Positions 1-12,500 of a stretch of DNA of 64,000 bases are shown one piece after another. Made by a program: the position numbers and the translations under genes. The notes under the pieces were generated by a model, which searched no databases, was not told where the DNA came from, and worked only from the letters and a program-made list of their open reading frames with translations. The DNA lies in assembly GCA_050613775.1 (NCBI GenBank), contig JBODTK010000102.1, positions 186,001-250,000 on the forward strand. The letters run 5' to 3'. How positions within the stretch are numbered: position 1 is the first letter of the stretch; each line of letters opens with the position of its first letter. Source of the stretch: Neocallimastix sp. 'constans' (lineage: Eukaryota).

Positions 1-501
1 TGAAATTGTATTAAAATATTTTTACTTTTCTAATAATTAAAATACAATTCTTTTAAAATTTGTATTAAATATATAAATTAATAATTTAATAGTATTATTA
101 TTTTAATATTTAATATAAATTATATTTTAATAAAAATTTATATATTCATAAAATTAAATAAAATTAGAAAAAAGCAATTTAAAAATTATTCAATTTAAAA
201 TAATAAATAAATAAATAAAATCTAAGAAATCTTATTGTATTAATTTCAAAATTAATAAATCTTTATAATATTTTACCTGCATTTAAATGACTGAAAGAAT
301 TTAATTTTATTTTGCTTAATTATTTAATAAATAAATAAATTTAATAATTTAATAATATATTTATTAATTGTTTAAAAATTTTTATATAATTATAAAAAGA
401 ATAATTTTTACTAAGAAAAATATTTTTTAAAAAAAATTAATAATAAATATTACTTTATTTAATAATAAAGTTTAAATTTTTAATATCAATTATTATTGAA
501 A

Positions 502-741
502 ATGCTTTTTGAATCATTATTAAATATTGAAAATGAATATATAAATAAAACTAAATACAAAATAAGTAGTTTTTCATTCAAAGAGATCTTGAATCGACCA
601 TTAAATGTTTGCTATATTGGAGCAGGATATGTTGGAGGAACATCAAGTTCAGTAATGGCTTATAAATGTCCAGAAAAAGAAGTTATAGTAACTGTTTGTG
701 ATGTTGACTCCAAAAAAATTGATTCATGGAATTCTGATAAA
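502..741 (+). pseudogene. UDP-glucose 6-dehydrogenase N-terminal exon (orphan fragment)
   Basis: ATG at 502. Translation has the UGDH Rossmann start VCYIGAGYVGG...MAYKCP...VTVCDVDSKKIDSWNSDK, then a GT donor (gtaaat) at 742. The expected next exon (LPIYEPGL...) is not visible in the AT-only DNA before the next gene at 2471. Confidence 0.75.
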
Positions 742-2470
742 GTAAATTTTTATTCACATTGTTCATATAATATTACATTTAAATAAAGAATATATTTAAT
801 ATAATTAGGGGTTAATTAGGAATTGAAAAGTTTTACGTTGATTAATATATTTTGTATGATTATTACCAATTATTTAAAATATTTGAAACATTTATATATT
901 TCGAATTATATATATATAATTGTATTAAATTATGGCTTTAAATTACAACTAAGAAACGTTATATCTCAAAATACATTCTAATATATATTGACGTTTTATA
1001 AAATTTCCAATGTAATGAATTTCATTATGTGGCTTTTTAATTATTAATTTAATGTTATAAAAAATTTTTATATAAACTAATAAATAAATAAAAAATAAAT
1101 ACTTAATAAATGGCGATAGTACATTTATCAATGTGGCTTTTAAATATTTTAAAATAAAGCCATACATTTTTAAGATATTATATATAATCATAAATAAATA
1201 TATAAATAATTATTACATCAAAAGAAATAATATATTTTTCTAATTAATATTATTAAATAACTAATTCAAAAGAAATAATAATATATTCTATTATTAAAGA
1301 TTTATAGAAATTTATTTTTATAATATATATTAATAAATTATATATATAAAAAAATATTATTATTTATTTATAAAAAAGCAAGCCATATTCGAGAATAGGC
1401 CACATTACGAAATACACAATTTTGATTCAAATAATAAAAAAAATATTAATACTAAATAATAAAATTATTAAAAATAAAATACTAAATATTAATATTAAAA
1501 ATAAGATTATTTTTTAAATATAAAAATTTAATAATAAAAAATAAAATATATTTAAAAAAATTTTCTAATGATGAATTTAAATAAAAAAATTTTATTTATA
1601 ATATATAAAATTTATATAATAAATTTTTTATAATAATAAAATAAAATTTATTAATAAATATTTAAAACTTAATATTAAAATATAAAATTTAATTAATAAA
1701 ATATAAAATTTAAATAACAAATTTTTTATAATAAAATAATATTTAAATATAAATATTTATTATTATAAAAAATTTATTGTTTAATTTTTATATTTTATTA
1801 ATTATAAAAAAATTATTATTTAAATTTATAATATTATTATATAAAATTTATTATTTAAATTTTATATCTTATTAATATTATAAAATTAAAATAATAAATT
1901 TTTAATAATAATAAAATAAAATTTATTAGTAAATATTTAAATTTTAATATTAAAATATAAATTTTTATTAATATAAAAATTTTTTAATATTTAAATTTAA
2001 AATTTAAATAATAAATTTCCAATTCCTTATTTTAAATAATAAATTATTAATTTAATAATAAAATATAAAATTTTAATAATAAATTATTAATATAAGTTAA
2101 TAATAAAATATAAAATTTTATTAATAAAATAAAATTTAAAAATAAAATATGAGTTCTATTACACCTCGTTAAATATTATATATTATTTTTTTTATATTAA
2201 AATCAAAGATAAAAGTTAGTGTTTCCAATTTTTTAAAATTTATTATATAAAAATAAAAAAAAATTAAAAATTTTTTCTTTTATAAAAAATCAATTTTTTA
2301 TTTAAAATAACATTTATATAATGTAAAACTGATTACTCTAGGAAGTCACTTGAAAAATTTTTAAATTGTCAATAATAAAAATTGTAATAAAAATTCTTAT
2401 TAATTATATTCATAAAATCAATATTAATATATTAAATTTTGAATATAATTTATTTTATGAATCTATTAAA

Positions 2471-3631
2471 TTATTCATTTAGTATCTTCACTAAAATTTG
2501 ATCATAATAACTTTTATCTGTAATATCTTCTATGTTTGTACCACCACCACATGCTTCATTAACATATTTGTTATCTATTTTAATTTTATATGTAGCATTT
2601 CTTAAAAACCATTCATACGAAATATCTGCATGGCCTATGTCAATAGCTTGGTATCCAACATTATGTAAGTCATAAGCTAATATTGTGGCAGTAGGACCTA
2701 AAGCTATTAAAATTAATTTATCTTTATTAATTTTTAAAGCTTCATTGTATATTTTTTCATATACATTATATGCATTTTTTACAGGACATAATATTCTTTG
2801 TATTGTTTTTGTATTGTTAAGTAAATCATTATTGAATCCAAATCTTGATTTTTCTCCTTCGATTATAACTACATCCTTTTTATCCCAAATTAGTTTTAAT
2901 TTATTTATATAATTTAATACAAAATTGCCATTACTATTAAAATTATAAAATCGTGATATTCCAACATTACCATATACTTTATTAAAATTAAATAGGTTTA
3001 TTAATTTGTATTGATATTTTGAAATAAAGTTTTTCCAAAAATTATTATTAGTTTTTACCGTTTTTAAAGTAATAGGTATCGCAATAATTAAACCTTCCTT
3101 GATACTCTGTAAAATATCTGTCAATCTTTTCGACATATTTTTATCAAATTTTTGGAAATTAATCCCTTTGCCAAAAATAAGATCAAATTCTCCATCACCA
3201 AATCTGGAAATTGATTTTTTATTATTGATAATATCATCCACTGTTTCTTCAGATGATAAAATATTTAATGAACTTAGTATTTTAAAAGCTGGGCATCTAT
3301 TATAACAATCTAGTCCTTTCTTTCCTTTTAGATTTAGACATTTTTTGCAATATCTTTTATTTTTCTTTACATTTAAATAATTAATTACTCTATGTCGTGT
3401 ATTTCTTATAATATTATTTTTATTCGCTGTTGTTTCAAGAACACAACACTCAAAATTATTATTTCCTGGACATTTTACGTTATCAGTAGTACTATTATTA
3501 CATTTACTTTTTTCAATACAAATTCCCGTATTACCATTACTATAGCATTTATCACATAAAACAAATTTGGGCAATAATAATATAAGAAATTCTAGAATAT
3601 TAATTGCCCAAAAAATTTTGTTTTGTAACAA
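2471..3631 (-). CDS. Secreted-type GT-D fold glycosyltransferase (DUF1792/GT101-like) with N-terminal Cys-rich module
   Basis: Intronless ORF with DUF1792 motifs SISRFGDGE, IIEGEKSRFG.NNDL and LIALGPTATILAYDL...GYQAIDIGH. Hydrophobic N-terminus followed by a 6-Cys module (CYSNGNTGICIEKSKC...CPGNNNFECC). No in-frame ATG at the 5' end (TTG start; TAA five codons upstream). Confidence 0.85.
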   Translation of the reverse strand: MLQNKIFWAINILEFLILLLPKFVLCDKCYSNGNTGICIEKSKCNNSTTDNVKCPGNNNFECCVLETTANKNNIIRNTRHRVINYLNVKKNKRYCKKCLNLKGKKGLDCYNRCPAFKILSSLNILSSEETVDDIINNKKSISRFGDGEFDLIFGKGINFQKFDKNMSKRLTDILQSIKEGLIIAIPITLKTVKTNNNFWKNFISKYQYKLINLFNFNKVYGNVGISRFYNFNSNGNFVLNYINKLKLIWDKKDVVIIEGEKSRFGFNNDLLNNTKTIQRILCPVKNAYNVYEKIYNEALKINKDKLILIALGPTATILAYDLHNVGYQAIDIGHADISYEWFLRNATYKIKIDNKYVNEACGGGTNIEDITDKSYYDQILVKILNE

Positions 3632-5019
3632 TATGTCTATTTTTTATTAATAGTACTTCTATTAGTACTTATATATATACAAATAATAAAGCTTAATAAA
3701 CTCCCATTGGAATCATTGTTAATTTATATTACTTATGTGAAATAAAATAATTTAAGATAATATTGAATTATTTTTAAATTTGAAATGATCTGTCTATTTT
3801 TAAATATAAATTTTTTAATTTTGAAATTATTTATCTATTTTTAAACATAAATTTTTAAATTATATTTTCTTTTATTTTAAATTATTTCAATACCAAAACT
3901 ATATTGTGATTATGATATCTGATTATAGCCTTGGAGTAATTTTCTGAGTATTTCAAGTATACAATTCATATCTAAATTTATTTAATTTTCTAAATTCCAA
4001 AAAAAAATATTTAATTCTTAAATATAGTATTAAGAATTAAAATTTCAAAATCTTAAAACGTATATTTTAATATAGATTATTTTAAGATGATTAATGCATT
4101 TTTATAGATTTAAATTCGGAATTTAAAAAATTTAAATTTAATTTAATTTACTGAAAGTAATTTAATTCATAATGGAAATTTAAATTTAAATATTAATTAA
4201 TTTTTATTAATGAATAATATATTTTATTTTATTTAAGAAAATCAATATTTCATTAAATAAAAATACAAATATACATACACACATAATGGGTATCCATTTC
4301 AAATTAGTACCCAACAGTTATTATTGTAGGAGTAATGATTTAGAGCTATATTTCATAATTTTAATTTTTGATAATAATGAAATTTATATTTCAATTTTAG
4401 TTATAATTTTTTTTTTATATGGCATGGACGATAATCAATTAAAGAATATATTTTTATATGTAGAATTTCAAGTAGTAACATAATAGTAACATAATTTTTG
4501 AGTCCGACTTAGGATTCTTCTTTATTAGAATCCTTTTGAGAGTCATGTCATTGATATTCTTAATATGCTAAGAGCCATGAACTTTTAGTTCATAATTATG
4601 TATGGTTTACTAATATATTTTATGATAAAGAGTTACTGAAAAATTTCAATGATTTTACTAATACAAATTAAATGAATGTATATGTTTGAATCGTGGCTTG
4701 TACAATTAATTTAATACATTGTATGTCAATAAACTTTGACATTTTTTATTTGTTTCACATATTCAAATAAAATTATATTTAAATAATATTTAATTATATA
4801 AATTTTAAATAAATAATTTTATATTACTATTTAATTTTGAATTATAAATTAAATTATAAAAATAATAATTGATTTAATTTTTAAGTAAATTATTATATAT
4901 GAAAAGTTTTAATTTTTATATAAACAAATATAAATAAATATATAAATATTATTTAAATATTATTTATTATTTAAATATAACTAATAATAATTGATATTTA
5001 TACATAACAAATAATTAAA

Positions 5020-5759
5020 TTTTAAATAAATAAATAATAAATAATAAATAAAAAACAATAAATAATAAATAATAAACAATACATAATAAATAATCATAAT
5101 AATAATAATAAAAATAATAAATAATAATAAATAATAAAAAGAGTATTTATTAATAAATAATAAATAATAAATAATAAATAATTAATTGAATAAATAAATA
5201 ATAAATAATAAATAATAAATAATAAATAATAAATAATAAATAATAAATAATTAATTGAATAAATAAATAATAAATAATAAATAATAAATAATAAATAATA
5301 AATAATAAATAATAAATAATAATAATAATATGATAATAAATAATAATAAATAATAAATAATAAACAATAAATAATAAATAATAAATAATAAATAATAAAT
5401 AATAATCATAATAATAATAATATGATAATAAATAATAATAAATAATAAATAATAAATAATAAATAATAATCATAATAATAATAATAATAATAATAAATAA
5501 TAATAAATAATAAATAAATTATAAATAATAAATAATAAATAATAAATAATAATCATAATTATAATAATATGATAATAAATAATATTAAATAATAAATAAT
5601 AATCATAATCATAATAATGATAATAAATAATATTAAATAATAAATAATAATCATAATCATAATACTGATAATAAATAATAATAAATAATAAATAATAAAT
5701 AATAAATAATAAATAATAAATAATAAATAATAATAATAATCATAATAATAATAATAATC

Positions 5760-5803
<44 letters not shown>

Positions 5804-5885
5804 TAATAAATAATAATAAATAATAAATATTAAATATTAAATATTAAATAATAAATAATAAATAATATATAAATAATAAATAATA
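5020..5885. repeat. (TAAATAA)n / (AAT)n microsatellite array
   Basis: Long tandem TAAATAA heptamers mixed with AAT/ATC triplets. Confidence 0.95.
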
Positions 5886-6599
5886 TTTATTTTAGATTAT
5901 TAACTTTATAAATATAATTTTAATAATATAATATATGTATATAAATTAATAAGTATTCTTTCATATATAAAATATATTTCTAAATAATTAAAGTAAATGA
6001 ATTATAGCTTTACTTATTTTTAAATATGTTGCTTAATTTTATTAAAATATATTATTAAGAATAATAATTACATTTTTACATTAATTCTTTCTTGTAAATA
6101 AATATTATGAATAAATACATTATTTAATATAAGTATTTGTCATTAAATTTAATTATTAATTTTTTTTATACTATACAATATATTTAAATAAAATAAAAAA
6201 TTATTATTTTTTCAATTTATTTTACTAATTATAATTATTATATTAATAAATTATGAATATCAAAATTGTTATTACAGACTTTTTTATTGCTTTAAAATTA
6301 ATAATATAGGTAATAAATTTCTTTTATTATCTATTGTTTTAATAAATAATTATAATGTTTTAAAAATCATTTGTATATTAGTAATTTTAATGATATATTA
6401 TATATAACATTGTTTATATTTATAATAATTTTTTTTAACTTTTTTATGGTATAAACTATAATTTAAAAAATTTATATTTAAAAATATTTTCTTTATATAT
6501 ATATGTATATTAAATAGTAATATAATTATTATAATCTTTACTTAGTAAATTGATTATTATTTTTAATTGTAATTCTTTCATTTAATTTATTTAGTTATA

Positions 6600-9500
6600 T
6601 TATATAAATAAAAAGTAAAGGAAAATAGATAATGCAAGATAGAAGATATTGAAATTAATATTTCTGTGGATTGAGAAGGCTCCACTTTCTTTAGTATTAG
6701 TGGCACTTGGTTTTGTTGAAGTGGTACTGGTCTTCTTCGTTGTTGTAGTAGTAGCAGCTGTTGGTTCGCTACTTTCCTTTGAAGTAGTCTTACTCTTTGT
6801 CGTTGACGATGCTTTCTTCGTTGTTTCTTCAGCCTTTGTGTCATTAGCGGTTGTCGTAGTGGTGGTTGTAGTGGTGGTTGCACTTGTTGTGGTTGTGGTT
6901 CTTTTGGTTGTTTTTGTTTTTGTTGCAGTTCCATCTGTAGTATGATCGGTATTTGGTTTATCAATTTTATCTTCATCCAATTTATCCTTTTCTTCATTAT
7001 CACACTTATAGAATTCTCCTTCTTTGATGTAGGAGTTACATTCCTTTTCACCTTCAATCCATTTTTCATCCTTACAGATATAAATTTCTATTTCTTTACC
7101 TTCTTCATCCTTCACTGTAATTGGCTTTCCTTCAGTACATTCTATAACACCACACTCAACATCCTTCTCTACCGGTACTTCAGGTACTGGCTCTTCTACC
7201 TTTGGTTCTTCTACTGGTTGTTCTCCTTCAACCGGTTCACCTTGTTCTTCTTCAGGTTTATCTCCTTGTCCTGATTCACCTTGTTCTTCGACAGGTTGCT
7301 CTCCTTCGACAGGTTCTCCTTCAACTGCTTCATCACCAACAGCAGCCGCATTAACATTCTCGTCACCAATTACATCTTCCTCTCCATCATCATTTATTTC
7401 TTCATTAATATTTTCCTCACTAACTGGTTCTTCTTCTTCCTTGGTTTCACCTTCATTTTCTTCCGTCTTTTCAACACATTCATACAATCCATCACCTCCA
7501 GCAGCCATGAAGTAACCTTCTTTCTTCATTTCCTTACATTCTAACTTATCATGTTCCTCATTTGGTGAACATTCAAGTAATACACCATTCAGGACATAGT
7601 ATCCTTCTTCAACTGCTTGACTACATTCTACGACTTCCTCCTCATTCTTTACACATGTAATTAATTCATTATCAATTGTAACCATGGATCCAGTTTCCTC
7701 AATATTACTACAACTGACTTCATTGTTATTATCCAATTCACATTTAACGTAGCTACCATCAGCCAATTTAATAATACCTTCTTCAGATATATTTTCAAAT
7801 CCACTTGGTTGACTTTCATCAATTTCTTCCTCTTCTTCTTCCACATCTTCCTCATCCTCATAATCTTCTTCATCGTCTTCATTGACTTCATTATTTTCTT
7901 CATTTTGATTCTTATTTTCTGTTTCAGCATTTTGTTCATTCTTGTTTTCTTCATTTGTGGTATCCTTTTCTTCTTCAATTGGAATTTCATTATTTTCATT
8001 TTCTACAACTTCTTCACGCTTCTTCACTCTCATTTCTTCTGGAACAAACTTGACAACATTAAATTTATTATCATTAATACTATTATAATCCTTGTAATAG
8101 GTAACTTCGTCAGGTTCAAGAAGGTAGCAATCGCCAGACTTACTACAAATATATCCCTTTGTACCTGCCTTCTTATAATCTTCTTTTTTACTAATAGCAC
8201 GTTTTTCTCTATTAATAAAGAAGTAACCATCTACTTTTTGAACGACAGAATCATTTGTTAACATGTATAATTTACCTCCTACAATCTGGAAACTAATGAT
8301 GGACTTTTCAGCTTTCATGCATTTGTTATTCTCGCCGACTAAATAGAGAGAATCTGTAGCGATACATACATCTCCAACATTCAATAAATTATTCTTATTT
8401 TTACACTTACTCTTTACAACCTTACAATTCTTTTCGATGGTGATGGCCTTTTCAAGATCACCATTTGGATATTCAACAATATTATATGAAATTGGTGACT
8501 TATTGAGGTATCTACCATTATCTGGTTGATATTCAGTACATTCACCACCATATTCACATTGAATAAAGGTACTATTTACTGGATTATCTGATATTAAGGA
8601 TTGATAAGTTCCACTTTGAATTGCGTAGTATCCCGCTTCCTTCACATGACTTACGTTCTTCTCTGTCACTACTACCAAATCGTTATTTATATTATGGAAG
8701 TATACGGGCTTTTCATTATTACCTGGAACACACTTTTTAATATCTTCTTCCTCATTAATTTCATAGATAATATGCATGACTCCTTCTACAACACAATAAC
8801 TACCAACATTCAATTCAATTCTATCATTAACACAACTGCCTGTTTCTTCCTTATATTCACAATTCCTTGTAACAATACTCCATTCATTGCCATTGTAAAC
8901 ACCAACATTTTCAACATCAGCTTCATTAACGTAAGCTCCCTCCTTAAGACCATTCAAATTCATGTTTTCAACAACAACGTCATTATTGCTTTTCGTGATT
9001 CTAATGATGTTCTTCACTTCATCTTCTTCACTGGTGCAGGCTTTTCCTTCCTCATTAAAGAAGTATAAACCTTCACTAACAATTGGAACAATTTTACTTT
9101 GTGCATCATACTCATATACACCATTATTCAATAAGAATTTCATATCTTGTGCAATATTGCCACTAACACAACCTTCAGAATTACATTCATATATCACTAC
9201 TTCAATTGTTCCTCCTTCTTCGCCAGTATTAGTATTATCTGTTACTAAATAGCCATTCTTATTAAGTACATAATAACCTGGTCCAGCTACTTGTATTGCA
9301 TTTTCACTTAATTCAATAAGTTTCGAGGATACAGTAACTCCATTGAGTGTACTTCCAACTCTATCACTACTAATATATCTCTTTTCTTCTTCTACCATTG
9401 AGACACAATTATTTGATTCCACAGTAAATGTAGCATCATTTGTCAATAAATATAGCATTCCTTCTTCCAATTGATAACAGTAACTTCCGGTGGAATATGT

Positions 9501-12500
9501 CATTCCTTCAGACATGGTCTTACAATTCATACCTTCACCATCAACCACTTCAGTAATGTTACAGTTGTGAGCTAATTCTCCTTTCACCCAGAATTCAGAA
9601 TTATACGAAACAACAATTGGCTCTTCATTAGCTTTATTGAAGTAGAATCCTACGTTACTGAAATTCTTTATATTTTCTTGGATAACTCTTCCGGATAATA
9701 TTTCAACCTTTACAGCATCACCAACAATATCGTCTTGTCCAACAGGTTCACCCTTTTCATTTAAGAAGTAGTATCCTGCCTCATTCATCACACTCCATTT
9801 TCCATCGCCAACATACTTCACCAATGGGTATATCTCGGAAATGACATTGATATATAATTTATTCAAAATTAATTCAGTTTCAGTAGAAACATTACATATA
9901 CCATCAACACAACTATAAGATATTCCATCAATTGGATCTACAGAATCTAATGGTAAAGATTTCTGTGAATCGAGAATTATCATTCCATTACCTGAAACAA
10001 CACTAACACTAGTTTCTTCTATTTTTTCAATAAACTTTGATGATTCATTATAGTAGTATGTGATAGATCCATCAACACTCAAAATACCTTCGTATTCGAC
10101 TTCTTCAAGATTATCAGCATTATCCTCAGTTTCATCTCTCTTAGTCTTATTCAAACGACCCTTTATGACAACAATTCGCTTATTATCTAAACATATATCA
10201 CCTGGGTTAAACTTTACTTTGGAAACAACCTTGTTATTAGTTGTATCAATTATACATTCTGGAATATTTTCAGCCTTACTCCATTCACCATTATTTCTTA
10301 CTAAAATATTTTGATCAGGAATAGCTTCACTAATAAATTTACCCTTTTCACTTTCATTCTTAATATTCCTTATGACATTACCATTTTCACTAACAGAGTA
10401 AGCATACATAACTTCTTCACCGTCAGAGACAGGATAACCCTTTTTATTAAAGAAGTAGAATCCATTTTGAGTAGTCTTTCTCCAATTACCAGTTTTACCA
10501 TCATAGTAAATTATGATTGGAACATCTTCATTTACATTTGCCATGTTCATATAATATTCTGATTTCATATCTTCGTTTAATGCACATTTTTCATTTTCAC
10601 ATTCATAGGCATTCGCCAAGTCTTCGGTTTTACTACTAAAGATATTACTATTCATATCAATAACATAAATTCCAGATTTGTCAATTCTTTGATAAGCTTG
10701 TTCATTAATAATATATAGTCCGTCATTTATCAAATAATAATCTAATTTTTTATTGTTATTGAAAATACAATTATTATTTTTCGATTCGTCACTAATAATA
10801 TCTTCCTTAACAATACAAATACCGGATTCATCATTATAACAGAATTCCATGTTCTCAATAAGTTCTCCAGGTTCATAAGATTTACATTGTCTCTTTCCTT
10901 CTAATTCAACATTTCTTAAAATACTTTCTCCATCTTCCCATCCTTCCTTATTACTTTCAATCATCATATCTTCGAATAAGTAATGGCCATTTCTCTTCAA
11001 GTCAAAAGTAACATCAACAGCATTACCATTTACAATTTCAATTACCTTTGAAATTCTACGATCTGCCTTATTTATAGAATGCATGTCTTCAAAGAAGAAG
11101 TAGAAGCCATCATCAGTAATGTATCTCCATTCATCATTATCACTATTGTATTCAATGATAGATATATCTTCACTAGCATTATTAATCATATATCTTTGCT
11201 TCTTGTAAGAATTCAACATTACTGAACTACATTTCGCTCCAGTGTAGTAACAAATTTCACGATCAACTGATAAAGATGACCATTGTTTTTCCTTAAATGG
11301 TAAATCGTTTTTAATGGCGTAGATACCCTTTTCAAGTGCCACCAACATCTTTGGCTTCAATAAAAATATTTCATCACCAACATATTTAAAGACGTTCTTA
11401 TCTTCATCCATATTTAAGGTATTATCATACTTTATAACATCTTTTTTGGAATCATATGTTAAATCGGAGTTTACGAAGTCTACATAAGATCTAATAAATG
11501 ATCCTTCCTTTGCATAATTAATATAAACATTCATTGGATTAAAGTCAATTTGAACATCTTTCTTTTCATTAATATCATAGGCGTAATATCCCTTTTCCTT
11601 TTGCTTATATCTTAAATTAATAGCCAAATTTCCATTATCTAAAATTACAAATCTATTTTCATAATTAACATACTCTTCATTAATTTCAATGTCACCTTCA
11701 CCATTCATGAAATAGAATCCAGGTTTTACGGCATTCATTAATTTATTTACAGATTTATAACGTTTTAATAACCTATTACTTCCAGTACCGGCATTATTAA
11801 TTATTACATCAACATCAGTCTTCAAACCATCGGTTGGAATATTACAGTTGTATTCATCACAATATATTAGCTTATATGGTGTCTCTGGGTAGTTAGAGCT
11901 AAATTCTTCCCATTTTTCATTCAAGACATAATATCCATTTCTCATGTTTTGTACAGATTTACCATCTAATCTATATAATATATTATTAATTTGATAGTAT
12001 TTCACTGAATTTTCTGTGCCTGAATAACAGTAAGTCAAAGTCTTCTTTTTATCATCATCTCCGTCAATCTCTACGACATCTACAACATTTAGACTCTTTG
12101 ATATTGCATTATAACAGATACTACCTTTTTCTAATGGTGTTGTACCTACTGGAGTGCAAACATTATCAGATGCTACAGTACACTTATTTATATCAGTTTC
12201 AATTGTACTTCTTTCTTCTTCACTTTCGTATCCAACAATTACAACCTTATCTGTTACCATACTATTAATGTATTTACCGGTATACTTTACATTTACGGCA
12301 CCGAGTACTTCTTCAGCTGTTTCACTTCCATCACTAGTATTCTTTGTTACTGTAGCTCCTCTGTAATTCTTATTATAGAAGAAGTAGCCCAAATTACTGT
12401 CAACACTCCATTTATTTCCAGCATAATTTAATATTTCTCCTGATTCCTTCTCATAATAGTATTTATTTGGATTACTTATTGAACCACATTCGTATTTATC

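Noticed and set aside
949..2200. 80-aa ORF and many AT palindromes
   Set aside because: Expected by chance in near-pure AT DNA; no motif.
4286..4750. 65-aa ORF and slightly GC-richer patch
   Set aside because: Possibly decayed TE or gene, but no recognisable motif on either strand.
5150..5473. 107-aa Ile/Tyr/Leu ORF
   Set aside because: Translation of the TTATTTA microsatellite.
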